Shown one piece after another: positions 10,066 through 23,010 of a stretch of DNA of 32,855 nt (its first letter is position 1; each line of letters starts with the position of its first letter). The notes under the pieces were generated by a model. The model was not told the DNA's origin, searched no databases, and was given only the letters and a program-made list of their open reading frames with translations. Origin of the DNA: Octopus bimaculoides (taxonomy: Eukaryota); assembly GCF_001194135.2 (NCBI RefSeq), contig NC_068992.1, forward strand, positions 51,060,926 to 51,093,780. The letters run 5' to 3'. The translations under genes were made by a program, and so were the position numbers.

Positions 10066-11663
10066 ATGTAGTACGTTAGATATGCTGTTTAGTTCTTCAC
10101 ATTAAACTTCTAGATCATTCCGATATTTTAGGTTTAAGATTAAAATGTTTAATATACACGTTATTAAACATTATATCCAAGTAAACGCATATAATGTTTA
10201 ATATCGTCTTATATTTAAATAACGTCTCCTTAACGGTGTTCATATTCCTTAAATAAATTCTCTTCTCAAATTTCGATTCATGGTGTGATATTGCTCTACG
10301 TTATAACTCAACAGCAACAGATTATCAAATTTATTGATATCCCATATGTTTGGATCGGGTAGTGACTTCCGTTGGGGGATCTATGTTCCAACAAGCCAAT
10401 GGTTGTTTCACTGCATATCTTTCTAGCAATATGTCCTTAACTGCATAACGTTAATAGGACAGACTATGTATATTTTCATATTTAAAACTAAGAAACCTGA
10501 AAAAAGAAGAAAAAAAAAAAGAGTTAATCTGTGATGGAAAATCACAAAATGTTTAATACTTTTAACACAATGAGAGTATTCCGAGTTGTGTGGAGAAATG
10601 TTTTAAAACGTTTCAAAAGGTCTTTTTAACAAATACATTGCTGAACTAAACTGCTTTCATTCTGAAACTAGCGCGAGTATTGCAACGTATCTGCAGATGA
10701 TATTTCATGTTGGTTGTGTTTTTCAGCTCGTCTAGATTAGGAGAATTGATAACTAATCCTGCAGGAATGATATATGTCAATAATTGTCGTTCGATGTAGA
10801 AGCTGATTTATATTTCATATGTATAAAGTTGCTAGATTTGTACTTAAGCATCTGTTTTATGTACTCATGTATCTCGTAAAATTACGATATATTTACGGTT
10901 ATAAATAGTATCGTATACATCGAAACTTCGAAATAATTGCCAATAAAATCATAATAAATATTAGATGTTACACGTGTATTAAATCGCTTATGAAGTCAAT
11001 GTTCGTCTTTTCCATGCATTGAAAAGCATTTTTGAAGCCTATACCCATAGGTTCGTACGTGTGTATATTTATACGTTAGTATAGATGCGCTAAACCGAGA
11101 ACATTATTTTGCATATCACAAATGTATAACACTACGCAACAAAATTTCAACATATGGAACAGCCACCACTTGGATGTGGCGATAAACTTTATTGATATAT
11201 ATACGTATATATATATATAGACAAATTAGTTTACAATTATATACGACACTACTTTATGTTGTCTCAGTGCTGAATGAAGAAGCTAGCGTTTTGACACTTA
11301 AAAATGACCACTGATAAGATTATTTGAACAAACGAGAAAGTTCTAGTAAAAAAAAAATTATTTAAACAATATTTTGTGTCATAGAAACTCATAAATTTAT
11401 TCTGTACGAATACTTTTTTCACTCCTAAATATTTATAATTGTATATAAATTCATTAGTTGCTATAATTTATTAATTTCTTTTGCATATTCTTAGTTTACG
11501 CATGTGTATGCAAATACAGTATTGGTATATCCCATTTATGTTCATTAGAAATTAAATAAATAAAGAATTTTTGACATGTACGAATATTTATTTCCCCCCA
11601 CTGTATATGTACACGAGCACATAGAACCACGCACAATAAGACACTCACACACAAATAACTATT

Positions 11664-11667
<4 letters not shown>

Positions 11668-11730
<63 letters not shown>
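11668..11730 (+). repeat. (CA)n microsatellite
   Basis: Direct inspection. Confidence 0.98.
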
Positions 11731-11731
<1 letters not shown>

Positions 11732-12242
11732 CAGTGAAGCTCTACTATAGCGTCGTATATTATCGAGTGTTATTTCCAGTAAATATTGGGGCATTATTGT
11801 ATCACTATCTTATATACATAAACACGTTTATTTGTATTTATATTTTAAAATGTTGATATAAGTATTCATAGCAAGTGGATAAAAAGAAAGAGAAAGAAAG
11901 AGGGAAAGAAAGAAAGAAAGAACGAAATTGAATGAGAGACTCGACTAACTTTTCACAAGTTTCTCTAACAAATTTGTCATCGTCCTTTTAAGCAGAAAGG
12001 TCTACACCTATCACATTACGTTTTCACATCTAATCGATAATGGTTTCCGAAAGCTGAGATATCCAAAGTTATCATTGCTGTCAGTTTTACAATTACTATT
12101 CATAGCTCGCAAACACAAAGCGATCTCGTCGTGTACCAGTCATCATAGTTTAAGTTTCGGCTACAAGATGTGGTCTCTTTATCCGACATTTTATGCCGAC
12201 AGTGAAATATAGTACTCGCCTCTGTTCTTTCATACATAATGG

Positions 12243-12243
<1 letters not shown>

Positions 12244-12298
<55 letters not shown>

Positions 12299-12445
12299 GA
12301 TCTATCTATCTATCTGCCTGTCTATATGTCTCTCTAAATAAAAAGGTAGCCTGGTTGGTATGTACACACATACACATTTACGCAAATACATACAGGCATG
12401 TGTATATACATACACACACACACACACACACATACATGTATATAT
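12244..12445 (+). repeat. (TATC)n and (CA)n microsatellites
   Basis: Direct inspection. Confidence 0.95.
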
Positions 12446-15208
12446 AATTGTCACTAAATGTGACTAGGGTGTTAAAAACAACTACAATGCTAGAAATAAG
12501 AGCTAAAATACTCTAGTTCTATAGTTAATGCACATGAATGAAACATTTACACTAACAGGGATCATAATTATCCGAAAAATAGCGACCGAGAATTCTTAAA
12601 ACTCATGCATCGATTACTGTAATTTCCGTTACCATCATCAGTTAAGCCAGCATAGTGTTCGGCCATTTCCGAACATGTTTCTCTGTTAGCATGTTTTCAT
12701 CATCCAAATTGATGGATGATTTAGCGATTCGCTAATCTGTATACACAAAATTAAATCTAAAATATATTACTTACAACCATATCTATGAGATTAATCAAAC
12801 ACACTATTACGATGATAACGATTTTTAACTTAACATAACATGTATATGGTTTTAAACATATCGAGACGTTTATTCGCTTAGGCATACCTCTTTTGTATGC
12901 TATAAAATGTTCAGAAAGAATTCTATTAAGATAAGTTACTGTTGTTTAAGCCACTTTAAAATAGCTAGGAACACTACATGATATAAATGTACTTACACCA
13001 ATTTCCTCAAATTTCTCTGAAAATCATAGCTACCTGGAGATACGCTTGTGTTTAGAGAAAGTGTTTAGACACTGATTATGAGAGCAAATCATACATCGGT
13101 CAAACCGAAAACTCTTTTAAGTTTTGTTACATGTTGATTCAAACGCAGTGATAAACATACTTTTACTACATTGTCAAAGTTTGTTTGGTGTCTGAAAGAT
13201 CGAGAAATTAAAAATTCTACAGTCATTTAGTATATAGGCAAGGGAAAAAATACAATGACATAGTAGTAAATTTAAATGTATACGACTACAATGTGTACTC
13301 TATTACCCAATATCTTAAACAGCAGTGAAGAGGCTTCTTTTTCTTTTCACAAACAAAATGTAAGTTGCAAACCTTCAAGTATATCTTAATTCATATTTCA
13401 GTTACAGTCCTCGTCCGTTATTTCTATATTCTCTTACCCCTATCGCCAGCGCTATTTTGCTAACCACTCCAAATCACATGAAGTACTTTGCTTACATACA
13501 AGTGGGAAATTATGTTAAATAACTTTGCTGTATCCTCCCAAATTTTGCTTTGTTAGTTTTAGTTTCGTATAGAAAATAGGTTTTAAGCAACACATGATAT
13601 TATTTTGCGTTATTTATTTATTTATTTATTTTTTGATGAAATATTAGAGCACAAGTTTTCTATTTAGGTATGTTGGCTCTTTCACAAGAAAGTGTTTACT
13701 TCTCCGGGAATAAATAATACTTTTGTTTCATAATGAATGCCATATATTCAACACTCTAATTAGAAAACAGATGGGAAAGTATTTAAAATTATCGGAAGAA
13801 TCAGAGAAGACGAATCCGGCAGCAAAAGCAACAATTCAAATCGTGAGAGAAGCATCGCAAAAGTAGTACCTAATAATAGAAAGTATGCAACTATTTACTT
13901 AATTTCTGAAACTTCCAGAGCAATTACAGAATAAGTATCTCCAGAGTTTCCATTAGTAAGTTTCCTTAATTAATCCAAAACCTATATTAAGGCTTCTCTC
14001 TGAGAAACCCCAAATATTAAAAGAGAATAAACATGGAGATAGAAAGCAATTTCCTGAGTGTTTTAGCGATTGTAAAATTCATTTTCTCAGATATTATAAA
14101 TTCCGGAAGAAATAAGATCTCCTTTCTTCGTTACTAGTTACGGCAGATATTAGAGAACAATAAATCAATCAATCCCGGATTCCCTACAACTTACAAGATA
14201 ATATGCACGCAGTGATAAAATGGTGCGGACATATTTTCATTACGCAATTGATTAGAGAACTCATTCTCTTCAATAAATATATTACTGCGTCTAGTTATAG
14301 AAGAACAAGTTTTACAGGTTTCAGCTTTGGATTGCAACATAGAGATATAGTCATTCATATCGCCCCAAGTACATACTTCTGCACGGGAAATATTCTATCA
14401 ATCAGTATTGTACTGGCTGGAAACACAACATTCGCACCAGTTTAAAATATGGCATCATTGATTACAAGAAATTGTATCAATCTTTCAAATAGATCAAAAG
14501 TTTTTTAAAAGATATAGTTTTGTAATCATTCTGTTTTTGGATTATATAAGAAAATACGTACATATACATGTAGTTTTGTGGGCATGCATATCGAAGAAAA
14601 ATTGTCAGTAAATTGCATTTATTGTTTAGTTTACAATTGTTTAATATATTTCTACGGAACACATTTTTCGATAAAAGATTGCAATGTCAACAGTTAGTAA
14701 ATAATTTCTCTGCACCGTGAAATGTTTCCTTCACAGCGCACGGTAGAATCAACTCGTCGGAACACATCAAAAAGCAAAATCCTGATTGACTTCAAACTTT
14801 CACCAAAATGGACTCTGAAACCAATATGGTTACTATTAACTGAATTCATTAATGAGAAATATAGCAAGAAAGGGACTAAATTTGATGAAGAAGGAGCAGA
14901 AAAGTTGACAGGATAACTACTCCGTAGTTTGAATTATGTAAAACGTTAGAGAAAGAAACCTAGTTGTTTTTAAGCAATAAATACATACAAAACGAAATTT
15001 ATTCATTGACACTTAGAATAGTACCGAGCAACTCCAATTTACTATTTTGCTTAAAAGGACCCTCAGTGCTCATGTGACCCTAGGCTGAGAACTACCGGCT
15101 TCGATGATACATTTTTCAAAGGTTCATAGTGTCGTTGGACGTCTACAAAAACTAAATAAATATGCACCTACATACATACATACACTGATATATATATATA
15201 TATATATA

Positions 15209-15681
15209 NNNNNNNNNNNNNNNNNNNNNNNNNNNNNNNNNNNNNNNNNNNNNNNNNNNNNNNNNNNNNNNNNNNNNNNNNNNNNNNNNNNNNNNNNNNN
15301 NNNNNNNNNNNNNNNNNNNNNNNNNNNNNNNNNNNNNNNNNNNNNNNNNNNNNNNNNNNNNNNNNNNNNNNNNNNNNNNNNNNNNNNNNNNNNNNNNNNN
15401 NNNNNNNNNNNNNNNNNNNNNNNNNNNNNNNNNNNNNNNNNNNNNNNNNNNNNNNNNNNNNNNNNNNNNNNNNNNNNNNNNNNNNNNNNNNNNNNNNNNN
15501 NNNNNNNNNNNNNNNNNNNNNNNNNNNNNNNNNNNNNNNNNNNNNNNNNNNNNNNNNNNNNNNNNNNNNNNNNNNNNNNNNNNNNNNNNNNNNNNNNNNN
15601 NNNNNNNNNNNNNNNNNNNNNNNNNNNNNNNNNNNNNNNNNNNNNNNNNNNNNNNNNNNNNNNNNNNNNNNNNNNNNNNNN
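15209..15681. other. Assembly gap flanked by (TA)n
   Basis: 473 N. Confidence 1.
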
Positions 15682-16486
15682 TATATATATTTAAAAGCAA
15701 ATTAGCCGTCTACCATAGTAATCTAATAAATTAACTCATATATTTATGGAAATCCAATGAGACGTGAGAATGTTCTGTTCAAAGAATGCTGCTTCTATGA
15801 AGTCTCCTTGTAGTTACAGAAAGTAGAGCGGTTCAGAGGTGAAGAAAATAGTGAAGAATATACTCTGTTTTTGTTATTGTTCTTCGTTCTTCATTTTTGC
15901 CTGAAGGTATGGCACGATGTCTAAATTATTACTGAGATATACAGTTCCAATATGGAACAGTAGTTCTCAGCAGGGCTGAACCGAGAACAGGTTAGACGAC
16001 TACTGTGCTAAGAGTCTCATATATTAGCATATTGATGGACTGCCATATCTTTAGGCGATAAAAGAACAAGAGCCAAATATTAGAATATTCTGTAGAATTT
16101 TACTCGCCTCTGAACTTAACTACTTTTTATAACCACACAGTGACTACAAACAAACGGTATTATTTGAACTGAAAATCCCTATTGGTTATCTGATTTCCAT
16201 AAGAACGCAAATAGATTTCTACTGTAAATTTAAAACAAGTTTAAAATACTAAATTATACTGATGTTATCTAATATTTTAAAACGCGTTTAAAATTGAAGT
16301 AAGTGAATGACCACAAACTAGACAAACTGTGCAGTAATTCATTATTTGTTTGGTGTATTCAAATTTATCGAATTTCTGAAACAATTAATCTTTGAAAGCA
16401 AAACAAAAAGCAAAAAAACAAAGAGTTATTTCTGTATATATGTATTTGTGTGCTGTACGTATTTACTTTCATGTATCTAAGGAAAT

Positions 16487-16517
<31 letters not shown>

Positions 16518-17093
16518 ATTACGAATGTGTATATATAAATATATATTTGTATGTATGTACGGATATATGTATGCATTCCTGGAAGGATGTATGTATGCAT
16601 ATGCGTATGTATGTATGTATTTATGTATGAAACGACAGGTTTGGAATGTGAGAAGGTATTTATAATTGGTACACTATTCTTCGATGAATACACTCTGAAT
16701 ATGAAACCTTAAGTAAGTTAAGAGTATAATCATCAGTTATATTTTTCCTCTCCTAGAGCAGCGGGTTTCCTGGTTTGAAGCTTCATTGCAAGAGTTATCA
16801 CATACACACATTACTAAATATATGTGCGTGTGTGCGCGTGCGTGTGCATGCGTGCGTGAGTGTGTGTGTGTGTGCATGGGCGTATGTGTATGTGTGTTTG
16901 ATATTCCCAGCTGGTTTGGTGACCACGTGAATCTCCATCGTAGTTAAATATACGTTATATGTGAGTACATCCCTGCAAGTGTATTTTGTGTGTGCCATGT
17001 GATATATTATGATATATAACCCAATACATCAAACCTAATTTCCTTTTGTGGTAGTTTATTTAAACGTCTATCTTCTGGTAGTTGTTGCTAATT

Positions 17094-17255
17094 TAGGACC
17101 AGTAGTTTCGAAGAGAAGGAATTAGTTGATGCTGTCGATCTCAGTACTTAAATGGTACTTTGTTTTATCGACTAATAAAAGATAAAGGATAGATTGACAC
17201 TTGTGGGATTTGAACTAGGATGTAAAGGCCCGAAACATATACCACAAAACCTGTT
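17094..17255 (-). mobile_element. SINE family A, old diverged copy
   Basis: GTCGATCTCAGTACTT...GGTACTTTGTTTTATCGAC...GATTTGAACTAGGATGTAAAG, colinear with 17456-17660. Confidence 0.7.
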
Positions 17256-17299
17256 TTTCCGATAAACTAAGAACACCCATTGTCTACTTTAATTTTGAT

Positions 17300-17452
17300 T
17301 TGCGCTTAAGGCCAGCAATAATGAAGAGAAAATAGTCGATAGCATTGGTCCCAGTACTGAGACTGGTATTTAATTTATCAACTACGAAAGGATGAATGCA
17401 AAAGCCCACCAAGGTCGAATTTGAACTCGGAACGTAAAGAGGTGGAGCATAC
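17300..17452 (-). mobile_element. SINE family A, diverged copy
   Basis: AAGGCCAGCAAT...CCCAGTACT...GAAAGGATGAA...GAATTTGAACTCGGAACGTAAAG. Confidence 0.75.
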
Positions 17453-17455
17453 ATC

Positions 17456-17660
17456 GGTTTCAAATTTTGGCACAAGGCTAGTCATTTCAGGGCAGGGGTA
17501 AGTCGATTAAATCGACCCAAGTGCTCAACTGCTGCTTATTTTATCGACCGTGAAAGGATCAAAGGCAAAGTCGACCTCGGGGGAATTTGAACTCAGAACT
17601 CAGAATTTGAATGCCGCTAAGCATTTTGCCTGGCGTGCTAATGATTTTATCGGCTTGCCA
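17456..17660 (-). mobile_element. SINE family A, near full length
   Basis: GGTTTCAAATTTTGGCACAAGG...TTTTATCGACC...GGCAAAGTCGACCTCGG...GAATTTGAACTCAGAAC...GCCGCTAAGCATTTTGCCTGGCGTGCTAA; reverse complement of 26815-27035. Confidence 0.9.
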
Positions 17661-17741
17661 GAATATATATCACAGAACATGTTTTCCCGATGATCAAGTG
17701 ATTCTGCCTATTGGTAATTTTGCTTATAATTTAGAAACAAG

Positions 17742-17910
17742 GATAATCGATACTTAAATTAGTACTTAATGCTATCAATTCCAAAGTATAAAAGGCAAAG
17801 TTGACATCGACACGATTTGAACTCAGAATGTAAAAAAGGCCGGAACAAATATTGCAAAGCAATTTTTTCCTCGCGCTCTAATAGGTTCCGCAAGCTAGCT
17901 CCATTCTCAG
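17742..17910 (-). mobile_element. SINE family A, old diverged copy
   Basis: AAAGGCAAAGTTGACATCG...GATTTGAACTCAGAATGTAAA...GCAAAGCA...GCAAGCTAGC. Confidence 0.7.
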
Positions 17911-18271
17911 TTCAAAATATATTTCTTTCCCAGATGAGTCTATCAAATGTCACATTAATCAACACAACTTGTTTTATTCAAGACAATGAATAACAAAATT
18001 TATTTTCAAAATAAACCTAAACATATTCTTAGAAGAACTATGAGGCCTGAACATCTTTACCATTATTGACGTAAATCAACTTCAATCCAAACCAATTTAA
18101 GCTTTCGTTTCGTATTGAAGATTTTCTTTTAACATTCATATTCGTTTCGGTTTATTTTTTTAATGCTTGTCTTTTCTTTAAATTTTCCAAGAATGTATTG
18201 TTTCTTCAAAAGAACTAATTTAACAGATTTTCAAAGGCTTTATATTGCTTTTATTCCTTCCTTCATAACAT

Positions 18272-18735
<464 letters not shown>

Positions 18736-19453
18736 AGTTATAAAACACTTCCTACAAAATTTCTTCAAAAGAGATAAACAAGGCCTCTTAGCCAAGTTGG
18801 AAACTATATATATTTAAACGCTATTATCTGCATTATCCTGCTGCCCTGGAGCCGAGTCCAGGAAGACGATGTCTATCGGAGTATACTCTGACACAAAATC
18901 AAATTGTGGTGATCCGCTTCAAAGTGTTGTTATTCTAGATTATTCGGAAGTCCTCTGCAGCTAAGAGAAAGTAAAAATAATTCTGTGTTACACTTACCAT
19001 TGAATTTATCTTCATCGCAATGATCATAGTATTATTAAGGACGGCACACCATCAAGGTTACAATAGATTTTATAACTTGAATATCTTTCCATGTAACGTG
19101 ATTCAGATGTCTGAGATTTCAACGGCGGTCGTTGTCGCTGAGGCAGTTGAACTATCAGCCAAATATGTGACGATAAAATTCTACTAATTTCCGAGTTTCT
19201 TCGTGAGTGAAAGAACCCCGGTATGTCTAACATTGGCAATATCAGTTACGATTTCTTTCTGTTCATATGGCTGCCGCCGGTTTTTAAGGGATACAGTCAT
19301 TATAGGATTAACAGAGTTATAGATAAATATTTTGATTTTCACAACATTTCAAAGCAAACTGTTGATCGCATTGTTAATTGGAAGAACCAAATAGTCAACG
19401 CATGATTCAAGTTATTGGTTTGGGGTAGTCAAAATAAAACGTAGATGAACATA

Positions 19454-19661
19454 TTTTTTTTTTCTTGTTCCACTTATTGAACTGCCGTAATGATGGCCTG
19501 TTGCCTTGGAGGGTTTAGTCAAACAAATCGACCCTAATAGTTATTATTTGTAAGCCTGGTACTTACTCTATCGATAATATGCGGAACTTCTGAGTTACAG
19601 GGACCTAAACAAACCCTCATCCGTTGTCAAACGGTGGAAGAGGACGAACACAAGCACAAAG

Positions 19662-19707
<46 letters not shown>

Positions 19708-19851
19708 GCACATTGCGTTGGCAGGTTCCTTTCAGTTTCCCTCTACGAAGCCCACTGACAAGGCTTCGGTCAGTTTGGTGCTACAGCAGACGACACTTGC
19801 TCAAGATGCCAACACTGTGGTTGAGAAGAAGCAAACTTCTTACCAGACACC
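19454..19851 (-). mobile_element. SINE family B, near full length, B-box region apparently deleted
   Basis: T-rich tail at 19454, body colinear with 5867-6252, internal (CA)n at 19664-19706; the segment between GATGCC and AACACTGTGG is shorter than in the 5867-6252 copy. Confidence 0.8.
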
Positions 19852-19886
19852 AAATTATTCGAACATATGTATTAACATTTTAAATG

Positions 19887-19924
<38 letters not shown>

Positions 19925-20366
19925 ATTTGAAACGACTTAGTGGCATCTCCTAATGCTAACATCAATCGTATGAAACTTGCAGGGATAACGCTATGACATA
20001 TAAATACTGTTTTATGGAATTATATAAATGTTATCTTTTCGTTGATGTCAGTATGAACTCATGTGAATGGCTTACGAAATTTTTGAATTATAAAATTTAC
20101 ATTTAACTACATAGTATTTCATGAGTTAAAAGGAAGATTCTATCGAGATAATGGCTTTTTAATCTAAAATATACTACTAATTAACAAGCTGATAATTTTC
20201 GAAAATTAGTTATTAAATTCAAATCCTGAAATTTACTGATTTCAGTCGAAATCCTAAAATGATCAAGTTTTATATATCAACTAAAACGTGGTTATATGCA
20301 AATGCTGTCCATATTGAAAACCAGTTCCACTATTTCAGTAAAACTGTTATGAAATCGAAGCACCTG

Positions 20367-20516
20367 CCAGTCAACTGATACTTATTTTATCGACCCCAAA
20401 AGGATGAAAGTCAAAGTCGATCTTAAGAGGGATTTTGAACTCAGAACATATGGACCGACGTAATACTGCTAAGCATTTCACTCGGCGTACTAAATATTCA
20501 GCCAGTTGGTTGCCTT

Positions 20517-20518
<2 letters not shown>
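20367..20518 (-). mobile_element. SINE family A, 3'-truncated copy
   Basis: TTATTTTATCGACCCCAAAAGGATGAAAGTCAAAGTCGA...TTTTGAACTCAGAAC...GCTAAGCATTTC...GCCTTAA followed by (AAC)n. Confidence 0.85.
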
Positions 20519-20548
<30 letters not shown>

Positions 20549-20562
20549 CGACGACAACATTC

Positions 20563-20730
20563 GTTTCTGCTGTATGCACAAAGCCTGAAATTTTGAGGGA
20601 GAGGCTAGAGGATTACATCGACCCCAGCATTCAACTACTGCTTATTTTATGGATCCCGGAAGAATGAAAGACAATGTCCCCATCAGTGAAGATCGAACTC
20701 AGAACCCGATCAGGCAGACGAAATGCAATA
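20563..20730 (-). mobile_element. SINE family A, 5'-truncated copy
   Basis: GCACAAAGCCTGAAATTTTG...TTACATCGACCCCAG...GAACTCAGAACC...GACGAAATGC. Confidence 0.8.
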
Positions 20731-20745
20731 TCAATGATAATAATC

Positions 20746-20955
20746 TTTTCTAGTATAGTCATAAGGCCTGAAATTTGGGGGAGGGGATTTTCGATTATAG
20801 CGACCCGAGTACTTAACTGGTACTTGTTTTATCCACCCCGAAAGGATTAAAGGAAAAAGTCGACCACCGCAGAATTTGAACTCAGGACGTGAAGATGGAC
20901 GAAATATCGGTAGGCCTTTCACCCGGAGGCCTAACGATTCTGCAGCTAGCCCTCT
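20746..20955 (-). mobile_element. SINE family A, full length
   Basis: AAGGCCTGAAATTTGGGGG...CCCCGAAAGGAT...GTCGACC...GAATTTGAACTCAGGACG...CTAACGATTCTGCAGCT. Confidence 0.9.
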
Positions 20956-20972
20956 CAATGATAATGATAATC

Positions 20973-21193
20973 CTTTCTATCATAGGCACAAGGCCTGCAA
21001 TGTTTTTGAGGGTGCAGGGGGCACTAGTTGATTACATCGATCCCAGTGTTTCATTGGTACTTAATATATCGACCCCGAAAGAATAAAAGGTAAAGTCGAC
21101 CTCAGCGGAATTTGTTCTTAGAACATGAAAACGGACGAAAAGCCGCTAAGCATTTGGCTGGGCGTGCAAACAATTTTGCCAGCTCACCGCCTT
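20973..21193 (-). mobile_element. SINE family A, full length
   Basis: GGCACAAGGCCTGCAA...ATCGACCCCGAAAG...AAAGTCGACCTCAGCGGAATTTG...GCCGCTAAGCATT...GCCAGCTCACCGCCTT followed by (AAT)n. Confidence 0.92.
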
Positions 21194-21200
21194 CTTAATG

Positions 21201-21282
<82 letters not shown>

Positions 21283-21283
21283 T
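21201..21283 (+). repeat. (AAT)n microsatellite
   Basis: Long perfect trinucleotide run. Confidence 0.98.
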
Positions 21284-21312
21284 AAATCATTTTATATATA
21301 TATATATATATA

Positions 21313-22001
21313 NNNNNNNNNNNNNNNNNNNNNNNNNNNNNNNNNNNNNNNNNNNNNNNNNNNNNNNNNNNNNNNNNNNNNNNNNNNNNNNNNNNNNNNN
21401 NNNNNNNNNNNNNNNNNNNNNNNNNNNNNNNNNNNNNNNNNNNNNNNNNNNNNNNNNNNNNNNNNNNNNNNNNNNNNNNNNNNNNNNNNNNNNNNNNNNN
21501 NNNNNNNNNNNNNNNNNNNNNNNNNNNNNNNNNNNNNNNNNNNNNNNNNNNNNNNNNNNNNNNNNNNNNNNNNNNNNNNNNNNNNNNNNNNNNNNNNNNN
21601 NNNNNNNNNNNNNNNNNNNNNNNNNNNNNNNNNNNNNNNNNNNNNNNNNNNNNNNNNNNNNNNNNNNNNNNNNNNNNNNNNNNNNNNNNNNNNNNNNNNN
21701 NNNNNNNNNNNNNNNNNNNNNNNNNNNNNNNNNNNNNNNNNNNNNNNNNNNNNNNNNNNNNNNNNNNNNNNNNNNNNNNNNNNNNNNNNNNNNNNNNNNN
21801 NNNNNNNNNNNNNNNNNNNNNNNNNNNNNNNNNNNNNNNNNNNNNNNNNNNNNNNNNNNNNNNNNNNNNNNNNNNNNNNNNNNNNNNNNNNNNNNNNNNN
21901 NNNNNNNNNNNNNNNNNNNNNNNNNNNNNNNNNNNNNNNNNNNNNNNNNNNNNNNNNNNNNNNNNNNNNNNNNNNNNNNNNNNNNNNNNNNNNNNNNNNN
22001 N
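21313..22001. other. Assembly gap flanked by (TA)n
   Basis: 689 N. Confidence 1.
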
Positions 22002-22039
<38 letters not shown>

Positions 22040-22688
22040 ATATACATATGTATTCTTACGCAGTGGAAATATAGATAGGCATTCAGATAGACATGTACGT
22101 AAGATCTCTATAGTGATTGCTATTTATTTCGTGTATCTAAAATGTATCAATAATATTCATTCTGACAACTACGTTCTTAGAATCCCTTTGAAAGTGTATT
22201 ACATATAATTCACATTAATTCAATGCTGATACAGTTTGATCGTATCTTCAATATTCATGTGAGAAATTTGTTGTCTTTTCTCTATATTTACTTTTACCAA
22301 ACGTACCTAAATATGGCTGTAGATAGCAACAAGCATAATGTAAAACATGCCTGAATCCAGTTGGCGTATGTATTTGTAGTATTTCAGTTAGTTTTGACAT
22401 ATTTAGCTCTGGTAGTATTTAAAAGCAGGCAGACTTATATGCAGAAGAAAAGGCAATATTTATCAATGACTAATATTGTTTTAACCATTTTCTTTATTCT
22501 GCTTTCTGAGTTCAAACTATCCTATGTCATTCTACTGAGGCTGATAAAGTAAAATGCTTGTCAAATACAGGTATCGATTTAATGAACAATATCTCCAGCC
22601 TAATCTAAGAAATAAAAAAGGGAATAAGAAACTACGTGGTATTGTGCTGTTATAATAGGGACTATTATTTTCATCATTTCGCAAGTAT

Positions 22689-22903
22689 AAGACGGCGAAT
22701 TGACAGAATCGTTAGTGCGTTCAATGCAATGCTTAATGGTATTTTTCCGCGTCTACGTTCTGAGATCAAATTCCATTCAGGTCAACTTTGCTTTTCACCC
22801 TTCTGGGGCAGCTAAAAATAAAGTGCCAGTCAAGTACCGGAGTCGATGTAATCGACCTACCTCCACACCTTAAAATAGCTGGTTTCGTACCAAAATTAGA
22901 AAG
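22689..22903 (+). mobile_element. SINE family A, full length, diverged
   Basis: AAGACGGCGAATTGACAGAATCGTTAG...GTTCTGAGATCAAATTCC...GTCGATGTAATCGAC...CCAAAATTAGAAAG. Confidence 0.88.
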
Positions 22904-22939
22904 AATTATTTCGGCCAGTAAGATATGTTATGGTTCGAT

Positions 22940-23010
22940 AATGTCATGTATTGCTACAAATAGCAGCCAAATCTTTCTGAAATTACTCCTTATTATCTCA
23001 AAGATATATG
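22940..23010 (+). mobile_element. Fragment of a third dispersed repeat (family C, core TAGAAATAGCAGCCAAAT)
   Basis: Core motif at 22951-22974 recurs at 25862-25883 and 26253-26274. Confidence 0.55.

Noticed and set aside
10300-10521. Very strong minus-strand acceptor at 10497-10521
   Set aside because: The tract is an A-rich run on the + strand, all frames stop soon after, and there is no convincing donor.
15958-16005. Tiny element with CAGTAGT...ACTACTG ends
   Set aside because: Only a 7-bp inverted match and no target-site duplication.
18830-19030. Minus-strand ATG|GTAAGTG donor followed 37-43 nt later by an acceptor
   Set aside because: Implied intron is too short to be credible and all frames after the acceptor stop quickly.
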